Shown in pieces: positions 9,395-19,133 of a stretch of DNA of 64,000 bases (position 1 is the first letter of the stretch; each line of letters begins with the position of its first letter). The notes under the pieces were generated by a model. That model did no database searches. It saw only the letters and a program-made list of their open reading frames with translations, and was not told where the DNA came from. The DNA comes from a virus. Its lineage: Duplodnaviria > Caudoviricetes. The translations under genes and the position numbers were made by a program. The stretch is taken from positions 6,588-70,587 of IMG/VR virus record IMGVR_UViG_3300026043_000014, one strand, 5' to 3'.

Positions 9395-10206
9395 TCGAAT
9401 TTCCCGAGGGTTCGGAGCTCCGCCACGAACAGGACGGACTCTACAGCGTGCTCGATTTCGGCTACCTGAAGATCGTGGAGTCGTGGGGTGGCGACGAAGA
9501 GATCATCGAATCGGCGAGAATGTCGACGGACAAAGGCTTCCTCGGCTGGGATCCGGGGCCGTGTCCGACGTGCGACGGCGCGGGTTGCGCTGTCTGCGGC
9601 GGCAAGGGCACTCACGCGGGCGATGCGAAGCTGCTCCGGTACCTCTACGAGAACAAGCATTCGACCCCGTTCGAATTCGCCGGGCTCATCGTCGAGGTGC
9701 AGGCGCCGATCATGGTCTTCCGGGAGTGGCACCGGCATCGGACGCAGAGCTACTCCGAGATGAGCGCCCGCTACGTCCAGATGCCGAACTTGCACTACGT
9801 GCCGAGCGTCGCGCGCATCATCGCGTCGGCGCAGAAGAGCGGCAACAGGCAAGCTTCGGGTAGCGGAGTACTACAGACGTACGACGGCGACAATAGGAGC
9901 GAAGCAAGAATCGCGCTCGAGATCCAGCAACTCATCCGGAGCGAGCAGCAGCGCATCTACGCGCAGTACGAACAGCTCCTCTCGTTCGGCGTCGCGAAAG
10001 AGATCGCGCGGCTCGACACGCCCGTCTCGCGCTACTCTCGGATGCGCGCGACGGCGAATCTCAGGAATTGGCTCGCATTCCTCACGCTTCGGACGGCGCC
10101 CGGTGCACAGTTCGAAATCCGTCAGTACGCTTGGTGCGTGGCCGACGTGATCGCTGTGTCTTTCCCTCGGACGTACGCGCTGTTTTCAGAAGGGAGACAG
10201 ACATGA
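9391..10206 (+). CDS. thyX: FAD-dependent thymidylate synthase
   Basis: HSTPFE and the signature REWHRHRTQSYSEMSARY; NLRNWLAFL. Confidence 0.95.
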   Translation: MIEFPEGSELRHEQDGLYSVLDFGYLKIVESWGGDEEIIESARMSTDKGFLGWDPGPCPTCDGAGCAVCGGKGTHAGDAKLLRYLYENKHSTPFEFAGLIVEVQAPIMVFREWHRHRTQSYSEMSARYVQMPNLHYVPSVARIIASAQKSGNRQASGSGVLQTYDGDNRSEARIALEIQQLIRSEQQRIYAQYEQLLSFGVAKEIARLDTPVSRYSRMRATANLRNWLAFLTLRTAPGAQFEIRQYAWCVADVIAVSFPRTYALFSEGRQT

Positions 10207-11107
10207 ACGTACAAACCATCCAAATGGATTCGAAAGTCGCGAGAGCTTACTATCGCGACTACCTCAAGGCAGTGCGCCGAAATCGTGAGAAGCGTGAGGA
10301 GGAGCGCGTAAAACGGGCGGTCGAGCTCGGCAAAGAGCTGAATCAGGTCAAGGTTCAGAAGACGCAGATGGAGAAAGAAGACGAAGAGCTTTTGTCGTCG
10401 TATCGTGCTCTGTTGCGAGGGCAGCGCCTTGTCGATGTGCACAAGACGATTTCGGCCGCCGGACTCGATGAACAGTTTCTCCCACGTCTCGCGATCGCAC
10501 CCGCCGAAGGCGAGTTCTGTTGGCTAGGAGGTGGAGACGGCCGCGTTTCGTTCCGTATCGCGGAGACTTCCTACTTGGCCCGTAAGCACGAACGGGTCGA
10601 AATCGCTTTTCGTCCGAAGCAAGCGAACTGGTTTGACAGGGTGTGGCGAAACAGCAACAGTCTGCCGTATTTGAATCGGGTGAAGGCGCTCGTGCCGGCG
10701 ATCCCGGCGCGTTTACGTCCCGACAAGCTCGACGGGTACTTCATCTTGTGGGAGGCCGAGTGGCGTGCGATGGCGCCTGTCGATCCGCTGCTCTTGAAGA
10801 AGGTCAACGATCGATTCTACACGATCGTTGCGCAGTGGGATCTCACCCCTCTCGAACAGTCGGTACTCGAAGGGCGCTTGTGAACGCGGTGAAACTGTCG
10901 CCTTACAGGTGGCACGCGGGATACGTGAGGGTCAACAGCGACGGTAGCTTGGACGTCGTTGTGGAAGACGACACCTATTCGGGAACCGTCAGTAGAGCGG
11001 ACGCGAGAAAACTGGCGGAGTCGATTCTGTTCGTTCACGGCGACAGCCGACAAGAGCTTCTCGAAGCATCGTTGGACGCGTTGTTTTCAGAAGGGAGACA
11101 GACATGA
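10175..11107 (+). repeat. 32-bp direct repeat (10175-10206 and 11076-11107) covering gene end, RBS and next start
   Basis: ACGCG(C/T)TGTTTTCAGAAGGGAGACAGACATGA, 31/32; both upstream proteins end ALFSEGRQT. Confidence 0.95.
10203..10883 (+). CDS. hypothetical protein
   Basis: Strong RBS, ATGA overlap, 226 aa. Confidence 0.75.
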   Translation: MNVQTIQMDSKVARAYYRDYLKAVRRNREKREEERVKRAVELGKELNQVKVQKTQMEKEDEELLSSYRALLRGQRLVDVHKTISAAGLDEQFLPRLAIAPAEGEFCWLGGGDGRVSFRIAETSYLARKHERVEIAFRPKQANWFDRVWRNSNSLPYLNRVKALVPAIPARLRPDKLDGYFILWEAEWRAMAPVDPLLLKKVNDRFYTIVAQWDLTPLEQSVLEGRL

Positions 11108-11459
11108 GCTTGCATTGCTTGGTTGAACCTAGTTACGAGTACCGTTGCGACGATCCTAACTGCAACGTCACCGCTTTAGACTCGGGCAAGCGCATTGACG
11201 GGTGGATTCGCATCACCATCGAGGAGTCGTATTTGCCCGCATATCAAATAGATCTGTGCCCTTCTTGCGCGGCCAAAAGACTGGACGGATTGCTCCGGTC
11301 GGTCGAACCTATCGGAAGGTCGTCGTGAACTTCGGCGTTGTCGAGCTCGACGCGCGCACCGCGCACGAGACCGCCATCGTCACCATGAACGACAACCGGC
11401 GGATCCGATCGCGCGAGGTGCGCGTGGCGCGAGCCCAAATGATTGTCGGGAAGCTTTAG
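10880..11459 (+). CDS. three small hypothetical genes (10880-11107, 11104-11328, 11325-11459)
   Basis: Overlapping start/stop chain. Confidence 0.55.
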
Positions 11460-11788
11460 CGAGAATTTATCGACAAGACCTCGCTGCGAGGCAATCGGTA
11501 GCTGCTGCGAGGCAGTCGACGGGGGAAAGCAATTCCGATTTCAGATTCCGCCTCTCGCGCGTCGTTACAGTGGGTGATGCACTGGGAGACATCGACTCCA
11601 CACCCGCCGAGATCTTCCAGATGCGAGCAAGCACTTGCACACGTTGCAGGCGGCGGAGGCAACGGTTCAGGTTCCGTTGTTGGATCGGTGTCGGGCTTCA
11701 TCGGGTAGTACCGCACACAAGCTCCGAGTAGGCAGCCCAGACCGATGTACGCGGCGTTTTTTGCGAACAGCAACATGAAGTGTTTCAT
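11456..11788 (-). CDS. Cys-rich lipoprotein, possibly frameshifted at the G5 run 11521-11525
   Basis: Lipobox-like LLGAC; CASACSHL..C...C...C; one G fewer gives ...FPVDCLAAATDCLAARSCR* ending at 11467. Confidence 0.6.
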   Translation of the reverse strand: MKHFMLLFAKNAAYIGLGCLLGACVRYYPMKPDTDPTTEPEPLPPPPATCASACSHLEDLGGCGVDVSQCITHCNDAREAESEIGIAFPRRLPRSSYRLPRSEVLSINSR

Positions 11789-12528
11789 GAAATCCTCGAA
11801 CAGAAGACGATCATCAAAGCCTGCTGAACGCGCGTAGCGGAGAGCCACGCTCCGCCTTGGTCGCCCCATAGACTCGACCACGAATTGACGATGCGGATCT
11901 GTCTCTCGCCTTTTACCGTGCGATAGCGGGTCGCTGGAACGATGTGGCCCCCTCTGGAAGGTCCCATGAGAGGTCCGATAGGTGCGGCGCTACGGCATCC
12001 GTCGAAAGCGGCGTCGACGTCGAGTGCGATTCCGATCGGATGACGCATCGACAGGTGTGTACACGCAGCCTCGACCAGAGCGTCCTCTCTTTCGTAGAGC
12101 ACTCCGCATTCGAGATTGCGGCTTTGTGCGTCGAGTCGATCGAGAGCCGATGGTAGTTCGTCACGACCGAAGCCTTCGACACCGGGGCGCCAGCGCTCAT
12201 CCAGACAACACCCGTTGGCGCTCCACGCTTCGAGAGCGGCACCCATACTGATTCCGGAATCGATCCGCCAAAGATCCGGACCGAACTCGCGAATGCGGCC
12301 GTAGGTCCATGGCATGTAGCCCGAGCATTTCTCTCCCGCGAGCAAGTACGGGAAGTAGCCGGCTGTTTGGCCCGTGCAGCTATCCCATAGCTGATCTCTC
12401 ACCCACTCTTCGGCATCGAAGCCCCCTTCGTCGGGAATGTGAGAAGGAATGTCGAGACCGAACGGGGGCACGAGGAGCGGCGAACCAGGGCGCTCGGGGC
12501 GCCAACCGAGCGGATGGATTTGACTCAT
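11785..12528 (-). CDS. papain-like (C1A) cysteine peptidase
   Basis: DQLWDSCTG (Gln/Cys), GGHIV (His), VNSWSSLWG (Asn). Confidence 0.9.
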   Translation of the reverse strand: MSQIHPLGWRPERPGSPLLVPPFGLDIPSHIPDEGGFDAEEWVRDQLWDSCTGQTAGYFPYLLAGEKCSGYMPWTYGRIREFGPDLWRIDSGISMGAALEAWSANGCCLDERWRPGVEGFGRDELPSALDRLDAQSRNLECGVLYEREDALVEAACTHLSMRHPIGIALDVDAAFDGCRSAAPIGPLMGPSRGGHIVPATRYRTVKGERQIRIVNSWSSLWGDQGGAWLSATRVQQALMIVFCSRIS

Positions 12529-12815
12529 TGCGCAGCTTCGATCTTCGCTCTGGCCGCGGAGAGGCCGGCAACTTCACCGCCTTCTTGCGCTTTTTTGAGT
12601 CGTAGGAGACATGCTTGACGAAAGACCAGGAGCAAGTCGTCGATACCGAGACCGACACGTTTCGATTCGGCTTCGAGCTCCGCGCGATGTGCTTCGGCTT
12701 TTTCACCGCAGAATTTCGCAGCGGCGTCTTCCAACGTCGGATCGCTGAAATGCAGGAAAGAGGAGCATCCGTACAGAGCAACGGAAGCCAACAGGACGAT
12801 CAATGCTGTTTTCAT
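12525..12815 (-). CDS. lipoprotein
   Basis: MKTALIVLLASVALYGC lipobox. Confidence 0.75.
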   Translation of the reverse strand: MKTALIVLLASVALYGCSSFLHFSDPTLEDAAAKFCGEKAEAHRAELEAESKRVGLGIDDLLLVFRQACLLRLKKAQEGGEVAGLSAARAKIEAAQ

Positions 12816-12825
12816 GGGTTCTCCT

Positions 12826-14322
12826 TCACGGCAGAAACGCGATCGCAGACGGGGTGACCGGCACTCCAGCAAGCGCCGTCTGAATCGTCTGTGTGAACAG
12901 ATCTGAGAGGAATGTCGGCGTCGGGATCGTTGCGGGAGAGAGCGGCGGAGGCGGCGGGGGTCCCGCGGTGGCCGGCGCGACGAATTGGCCGAGCGGCGCC
13001 GATGACTGCGCATTCGTCGGAATGGTCGCGGCTGCCGGATCGACCAAGAACGCGGCGGTCGCCTTTTTCAGGACCGACGATCCGATGTTCCCTTTCGTGC
13101 CCTTGTTGCTGTTCACGCCGACGTTGTTCGTGCCGGTGAAGTTGTCGTCGATGCCGTCGTACGCCTCGGTAAGCGTGATCGCGGTCGGCGTGACGACGTC
13201 GACCGTGTAGAGCCGCTGCTGTGTCTCGAAGAGCGTGTTGAGCGTGAACTGCGATGCGAAGCGGATGACGTCGCCCTGGGCAAGCACGGCGCTCTGATCG
13301 ACCGAAGTCGTCACGCGCGAGGAGCCCGTCGAGACGAAGAAGTCCCCCGCAAGCTGAGGAAAGCTCGTGCCTTGCTGAGCGAGCGTCAGGTACGACGGAG
13401 GCAGGTACGCCAGGTGCCGCTCGATGAGCAGTTGTCCCGCGTCGGTGGCGGGGCTCCGGAAGAAGTCCGGCGTCGGTGGCGGCTCTCCCGGCAGAGGCGC
13501 GAGCGCGCTCGAGAGCTCGACCAACGTGAGCTCGCCGACGTTGTTCTCGAATGTACCGGCGGTGGCGACGACCATGCTGATGATTTCGGCGATGTCGACG
13601 CTGCCGGCGTCAAGCGTGACGGGTGCCGGTCTCTTTCCTGTGAGGTTCACTGTGACAGTGAAAGGCCCCCCGCCGACGGAATCGTCGTAGGTGAGCTCGA
13701 TCGTTCGTGCTCCTGCGCCGGCTGCAATCGCGGGCGTTGTCGCGGCGACCGCATCGGTGTCGAGCTCCGAGGTCGAGTAGATTGCTGCGAGTGTCACGGG
13801 CGCGGGATCTGTGAAGAACGCTCCGGTGTTCGCCGTCGTGCCGGTGTACGCAGCGGTGAGTGTGAGCTCGGTGTCGGTGAGAGCCATGATCTCGTAGAAG
13901 ACGCCCAACTGAGAGAGGAATTGGATCTGACTGCCCACGCCGAGCGTCTGAAGCTGTGATTGCGTCGTCGGCACGGCGGCAAGTCCGTTCTGCGGAAAGA
14001 AAGATCCGCCGAGCGTGATCGACTCGACCAACGGATACGGCGGCACCGGCGGCGTCGACGTGTTTGGGTGGCACGGGAACACCGGCGGCGCCTCGGGAGC
14101 GTTCACTGAATTGAGATTGAGCGTTAACGTGCGCGTTGCAACGCCCACGCCGGCCGCGGTCACGTCGGAATCGACGGTGAGCCCGAAAAGCTGCCCGAGC
14201 ACTGGATCGTTGGTCGGATTTCGGTAGAGTGGCACCGCTCCGAGCGCGGTGGCGGCTCCCGCAGCGTCGAGAATGCTTCCAGCGACGTCAACGGTCCACT
14301 CGAGCACGATTTGATCAGCCAT
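12826..14322 (-). CDS. Thr/Ala/Val-rich beta protein, putative virion spike or fibre
   Basis: 498 aa from MADQIVLEW; repeated TLTAAYTG/TLTEAYDG units; lies in the structural block. Confidence 0.6.
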   Translation of the reverse strand: MADQIVLEWTVDVAGSILDAAGAATALGAVPLYRNPTNDPVLGQLFGLTVDSDVTAAGVGVATRTLTLNLNSVNAPEAPPVFPCHPNTSTPPVPPYPLVESITLGGSFFPQNGLAAVPTTQSQLQTLGVGSQIQFLSQLGVFYEIMALTDTELTLTAAYTGTTANTGAFFTDPAPVTLAAIYSTSELDTDAVAATTPAIAAGAGARTIELTYDDSVGGGPFTVTVNLTGKRPAPVTLDAGSVDIAEIISMVVATAGTFENNVGELTLVELSSALAPLPGEPPPTPDFFRSPATDAGQLLIERHLAYLPPSYLTLAQQGTSFPQLAGDFFVSTGSSRVTTSVDQSAVLAQGDVIRFASQFTLNTLFETQQRLYTVDVVTPTAITLTEAYDGIDDNFTGTNNVGVNSNKGTKGNIGSSVLKKATAAFLVDPAAATIPTNAQSSAPLGQFVAPATAGPPPPPPLSPATIPTPTFLSDLFTQTIQTALAGVPVTPSAIAFLP

Positions 14323-14565
14323 GAGCCTGAGAGTACCAGGGACGGCGCTCTCGCGAGGTCTTGAAAGCCGCGACGGTGCCCGACTCCACAGACGCCGCAT
14401 ACGGACCCGTATGCGGGCCTCGTACGGACCGCCGAAAGCACCGTGGGTTGCGGAAAAGCCGGGCATTGCGAGGGAGTTGAAGGGGCGGCGTCCGACGGCG
14501 GCTGCGCGGGGGTCGATCGCCCTTGTTTCTTTGTCCGAGAAGGGGGTATTATTGGACACACTATC

Positions 14566-16296
14566 GTGAGTTCCGATGATACTGTAATTCTTTGCGAGGC
14601 GGAGGTCGTCGAGACCGGCACAGAGCTTGCCAAAGCGCCTTCCGCCGCGCTGGTGGCCGCTTTAGAGCGCGCCGACGAGTATCGACGCCACACGAAGGCA
14701 GAGGCCACGGAGGCGGCGTACGCGAGCGACTGGAGGCGTTTTCTGACCTGGGCGGCCTCGGCCGGTGCCGCCCCGCTCCCGGCGACGCCGGAGATCGTCA
14801 GCGCGCACCTGAGTTGGCTCGCGGAGGAGGGGTACAGCGTCGCGACGCTGGAACGCTTTTTGGCGGCCGGGAGCCACTTCCATCGCGCCGCCGGGTCCGA
14901 CTTTCCGCGTAACGCCTACGCGGTTTCGGAGACGTTGAAAGGCATTCGGCGACGGGTAGGCGTAAAGCGCACCAAAAAAGCGCCCCTGGGGCTCACGGCG
15001 CTCTCCGAAGCGTGCACACGCGTTCTTCGGGAGAGCGACGGCGCCGAGGCCCCCGAGCGACGGCTGGCTCTTCGAAACCGAGCCATGTTGACCGTCGGTT
15101 GGTTCTGCATGCTCAGGAGCGCCAATCTGGTTGCGATCCGCCGAGAGCACGTACGTTTGGTGCGCTTCGACGGAGACGGCTGGATCGACGACGAGGATCG
15201 ACCAACTGGATTGATCGTGCACCTACCTGAGAGCAAGACAGATCAGTTGAAAGAAGGGCGCGACGTCGCAGTACACGCCCAAGCGGATGAGACGGTGTGC
15301 CCGGTACGCGCGCTCAAAGACTATTTGAGCGCTGCGTCGATCGGTCCCGAAGATCGGATCTTTCCCGTGAGTGAGCGCACGGTGTCGCGCCTTATCAAAC
15401 GTCTGGCGGCGAACCCGGAGCACGGGCACAAATCGTTGAAAGAGATCGCGCGCTGCGATTCATGCGCTACGGCTGCGAAGCGATTTGCGAGTCACAGCCT
15501 TCGTCGAGGTGCGGCGACTGCGCAAGCTCAGAGAGGTATCTCGGAGCGCGAGATCATGCGGCAAGGGGGTTGGAAGAACGAGCGTGTGATGCGCGGTTAC
15601 ATCGAGCACGCGACGCTTTTTCAAAACAACCCGACAAAGGATCTCTCAGGCGTCGTTGAAGAAAGAGGACGAATGGTCGCAGGACATGAGCAAGCACTTG
15701 AAAATCACTTCGACAAAATCACGAAGAAGAATCCCGAGTGGGTGAATGTCGTGAGCGAGATCCGCACGAAACTTTTCGACGGCGCCTATCATCAATGGCT
15801 CGTAGACGCTTTCTTTCAGAAGTGGAGAGGAAATCCGTCGCTCGCAGAGGTGTATTGTTTCAGCCAGCTGTACTCTAGCTATTTGAAAGGTGAAATCGGA
15901 ATCTTTTCCGTAGGAACGTCGTCATGTCCGTTGCCGGACAAGAACAAGAGCGGCAATCAAGCCGTTCTCGACGGTCTCCCCGATCTGTTTGAAGCTCAGT
16001 TCTTCGGCGGAATTGGGGACAACGACGGGAAGTTCGAGTGGAAACGTCCAGTGAAAATCACACGCTGTTTCGCCAATGCGGACGGTACGCAACGCGAAGA
16101 ACCTTGGGAGTGTCCTCCGACTTGGCTTCCGTTGGAAGTCGGGTACACAGCTGTCAGCAAAACGTTCGAGCACGTGGTCTCAGAGTTCGGAGTTGCTCGG
16201 TGGCCTTACGACTACGAAATGATCATCGTGCTCGTTACACACCCTTCTCTCCGCGAACGGAGACGAGAAAAATTGCGTCAGATGGGGTTTGCATGA
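14566..16296 (+). CDS. Cre-like tyrosine recombinase/integrase with an approx. 200-aa C-terminal extra domain
   Basis: SAM-like N-domain (AYASDWRRF); catalytic R (MLRSANL), K (SKTDQ), HSLRRG, GGWK, VMRGY; likely start GTG at 14566. Confidence 0.92.
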   Translation: MSSDDTVILCEAEVVETGTELAKAPSAALVAALERADEYRRHTKAEATEAAYASDWRRFLTWAASAGAAPLPATPEIVSAHLSWLAEEGYSVATLERFLAAGSHFHRAAGSDFPRNAYAVSETLKGIRRRVGVKRTKKAPLGLTALSEACTRVLRESDGAEAPERRLALRNRAMLTVGWFCMLRSANLVAIRREHVRLVRFDGDGWIDDEDRPTGLIVHLPESKTDQLKEGRDVAVHAQADETVCPVRALKDYLSAASIGPEDRIFPVSERTVSRLIKRLAANPEHGHKSLKEIARCDSCATAAKRFASHSLRRGAATAQAQRGISEREIMRQGGWKNERVMRGYIEHATLFQNNPTKDLSGVVEERGRMVAGHEQALENHFDKITKKNPEWVNVVSEIRTKLFDGAYHQWLVDAFFQKWRGNPSLAEVYCFSQLYSSYLKGEIGIFSVGTSSCPLPDKNKSGNQAVLDGLPDLFEAQFFGGIGDNDGKFEWKRPVKITRCFANADGTQREEPWECPPTWLPLEVGYTAVSKTFEHVVSEFGVARWPYDYEMIIVLVTHPSLRERRREKLRQMGFA

Positions 16297-16720
16297 AGCT
16301 CCGACTCGTCGATGCTCTCCGAAATCCTCGGACGCTCGCCGCCGCGCTCAAGTCGCGTCCGGGCGCCGAGCTCGAGCATCTGTCTGGTGACACGTACCGG
16401 CGGAATTTCACGGGCGACGTCGCGCAGTGCGGATGCCGCTGGGAGCGCGTCGCCGGATTTGGGAACGTTCTGCGGCTGTGCCTGATCCACCAGGCCGCGA
16501 CCGACGCGGCCGTCGAACGCGAGAGGAGCCGAAAATGACGAGAGAGCGATCGATCTGTCGTAGGTGCCACAGGTTCCGCATCGTCGATGAGGTGCGCTAC
16601 TGCCCGAGCTGCGCCGATGAGATTGCGGAAATGAAGAAACCAAAGAGGCGCGCCGTCGAACAGGACCGCGAGCAGTCCCGCGACGGGGGAAATGCGGTCA
16701 CCGCTCGAAAAACGGACTAA
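16293..16720 (+). CDS. two small genes (16293-16538; 16535-16720 Zn-ribbon CxxC...CxxC)
   Basis: ATGA overlaps after the integrase. Confidence 0.6.
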
Positions 16721-16858
16721 ATGTGCGTACCCTCGAAGGAAGAGTGGGATCCGAGTGCCGCTACGAAGGCCGGCGGAGTCGAGAAAAGACCGCGATGCAA
16801 GGAAGTGCTCGCAAACCGCGATGCAAGATCGCGATATCGTTACGGGCTCAGGAGAGAG

Positions 16859-17594
16859 CCAGCAACAGCCGCGCGGGGCTCCGAATGCCGCGACCCCCGC
16901 ATACCGGGTCAGCGTGTACGGGTTGCCCCCCAGCAACAGCCGCGCGGGGCTCCGAATGCCGCGACATCGAGGTCGCGAAGTACATCGGCGCCGACGTCCC
17001 CCAGCAACAGCCGCGCGGGGCTCCGAATGCCGCGACGAGGACGACGACGGCGAGGGCGGCGAGGGCTGCGGGCCAGCAACAGCCGCGCGGGGCTCCGAAT
17101 GCCGCGACGCATGCGATCGGTCGCGGGCGAAAAAAATGTAATCGACCAGCAACAGCCGCGCGGGGCTCCGAATGCCGCGACCGCCGGATGGGGTGTCGCG
17201 TTCACCACGGGCACGACAGCCAGCAACAGCCGCGCGGGGCTCCGAATGCCGCGACGAGACGTCCCAAGCGATGCTTCAAGCCGAACTCGAGCCAGCAACA
17301 GCCGCGCGGGGCTCCGAATGCCGCGACGTACTCAGCACGGCTAGTACGTCATGCGGGGGCACACAGCCAGCAACAGCCGCGCGGGGCTCCGAATGCCGCG
17401 ACGATTCCGTCTTCTCTGCGTCGGACAGCCTCCGCATCCCCAGCAACAGCCGCGCGGGGCTTCGAATGCCGCGACCAGAAGAGGCCAGATCACGAGCCAG
17501 CAACAGCCGCGCGGGGCTCCGAATGCCGCGACGGCCGAAGGCCTGCGTCGATAGTCATCCAGCAACAGCCGCGCGGGGCTCCGAATGCCGCGAT
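16859..17594 (+). CRISPR. CRISPR array, 11 repeats and 10 spacers, type V-like repeat
   Basis: 36-bp CCAGCAACAGCCGCGCGGGGCTCCGAATGCCGCGAC at 16859, 16930, 17001, 17073, 17146, 17220, 17292, 17367, 17440, 17497, 17559. Spacers are 35, 35, 36, 37, 38, 36, 39, 37, 21, 26 nt. Last repeat ends GAT; a partial remnant ends at 17629. Confidence 0.98.
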
Positions 17595-17662
17595 GAGATG
17601 GGCGGACGCCGACTCCGCCATGCCGCGACCAGAAGTGACCATCGCGAAATCGGACCGTGACA

Positions 17663-19120
17663 TCAAGGATAGGGTCCGATCACAGCGGGAGACACGATCT
17701 GAGGACTCGATGTTTGCACGGACTTCTGTGCCGGTTTCGGCGCGGGGGTTCCCGGCGCTTTGCTGGTTCTGAGCGTGGGGGGTTTTCGGGGTGCGGGAAC
17801 GGCCGCGGGGGCTGTCCCCGTGCGCAGTGTCGGCGGTCGGCGAATGGCCGCGGGAGCTGTCCCCGTGCGCAGTGTCGGCGGTCGGCGAACGGCCACAGAG
17901 GTCAGCTCTTTTGCCGAGGGGAGCCAAGGGATGTTTTTCTTCTGCGATGCCAGTGCGAGATCGAACCCGGCTTGGGCTTGTGGCGACAGCTTGCTTCGCA
18001 AGATCGCGAGCGCTTGCGGGCTGATCCCTTCGTGTCCGAGAGCCCCCATTGCGAGCGCGTACCCTGGCGCCACATCTTTGGGAATTGCGGAGAACGCTTT
18101 CAGCACGTCGGGTTTGGAGACGACGGCCTTGATCCAATCGCCGGCAACACTTCGCAGCTGATCAGCCCCCATTTTCGCGAACCCCTGCACCAGAGCTTGT
18201 TGAATGTTCTGCCCGGATGCGACGGCAAGCCCGATATCGAACGCTTTTCGTGCCAAACCTTCAGGCACGAGGTTACGTGCGCTCTCGAGTGCGGCTTTTC
18301 CTACGTTCTCTCCTTTTGCCACTTTCATTGCGGCATCGAATCCGGCTGCGGCTATCGGCCCCCCAGGCAAAGCACTGCGAACAGCCGCCTTCGCAGCTTC
18401 GTCGATCCCTTTGCCTTCGGCGAGAGCAACGCCCGCACCGATTGCAGCGGAAACACCGCTACCTACTCCGGGAACCATCGACACTACGGCTTGCGCGTAG
18501 GGAGCGGCTTCTTTCGCGATGCGAACTTGATCTTTGATGGACTTTAGCAGCGCTCTGTCAAGCCTGGCGCCTGAAGCGATGTCCTTCGCTAACTTGAGCG
18601 GGCCCGTAGCCGCTTCTCCGACAATGCGTGTCACGTCACCGAGGACGGGAATACTCCCGGCTACGTCGGCAATCGCGTTCGCTGCATCGATCGGTGCTTT
18701 GATAATGTGTCCGGCGATTTTCAACCCCTGGCCAGCAATCTCCAGAGGGTTGTAGGTTGTGTGCTGTGTGCGCCAGAAAGGAGGGTGAGCGAGCGCATTG
18801 TTGCGATCTCGCTGGCGCTGCGGGTAGTTCGGATCCTTCCAGAAAGGGTGATCCCAATCATAGAGAATGCCGACATAGGCAGGAGTCTTCGTGCTGTCGG
18901 TGCCTGTTACGGGAGTGAGCCCGTAGGACGGATCACGCCCGTAACCTTTCATCCACATCGACGCCGCGAACGCACGACGAGCTACTGTGCGAGGTTTTTC
19001 GGCGTCGTGGATTGCAGAGGACAACCATCTCGGGATGGTCTTTCGCATAGTCGCAGGGACTTTGTTGCGATCGAACCCCACACCGATTGAAGTGAGTTGT
19101 TCGCCCAGAAAGACCGTCAT
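17663..19120 (-). CDS. Ala/Gly-rich putative virion or membrane protein with three C-terminal R(R/K)PPTLRT repeats
   Basis: Amphipathic Gly/Ala core; tandem repeats at about 17780-17890. Confidence 0.65.
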   Translation of the reverse strand: MTVFLGEQLTSIGVGFDRNKVPATMRKTIPRWLSSAIHDAEKPRTVARRAFAASMWMKGYGRDPSYGLTPVTGTDSTKTPAYVGILYDWDHPFWKDPNYPQRQRDRNNALAHPPFWRTQHTTYNPLEIAGQGLKIAGHIIKAPIDAANAIADVAGSIPVLGDVTRIVGEAATGPLKLAKDIASGARLDRALLKSIKDQVRIAKEAAPYAQAVVSMVPGVGSGVSAAIGAGVALAEGKGIDEAAKAAVRSALPGGPIAAAGFDAAMKVAKGENVGKAALESARNLVPEGLARKAFDIGLAVASGQNIQQALVQGFAKMGADQLRSVAGDWIKAVVSKPDVLKAFSAIPKDVAPGYALAMGALGHEGISPQALAILRSKLSPQAQAGFDLALASQKKNIPWLPSAKELTSVAVRRPPTLRTGTAPAAIRRPPTLRTGTAPAAVPAPRKPPTLRTSKAPGTPAPKPAQKSVQTSSPQIVSPAVIGPYP

Positions 19121-19133
19121 GGTTGTTTCCTCT

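Noticed and set aside
14367-14374. GCCGCGAC at the left edge of the integrase island as an att site matching the array end
   Set aside because: Only 8 GC-rich bases; expected by chance.
16692-17772. Long ORFs (207-349 aa) across the CRISPR array
   Set aside because: The GC-rich repeat lacks stop codons; the translations just repeat the repeat.
17780-17890. Direct repeats near the array as a second CRISPR or DGR repeat
   Set aside because: In-frame coding repeats (RRPPTLRTGTAPAA); no unique spacers and no reverse transcriptase in the window.
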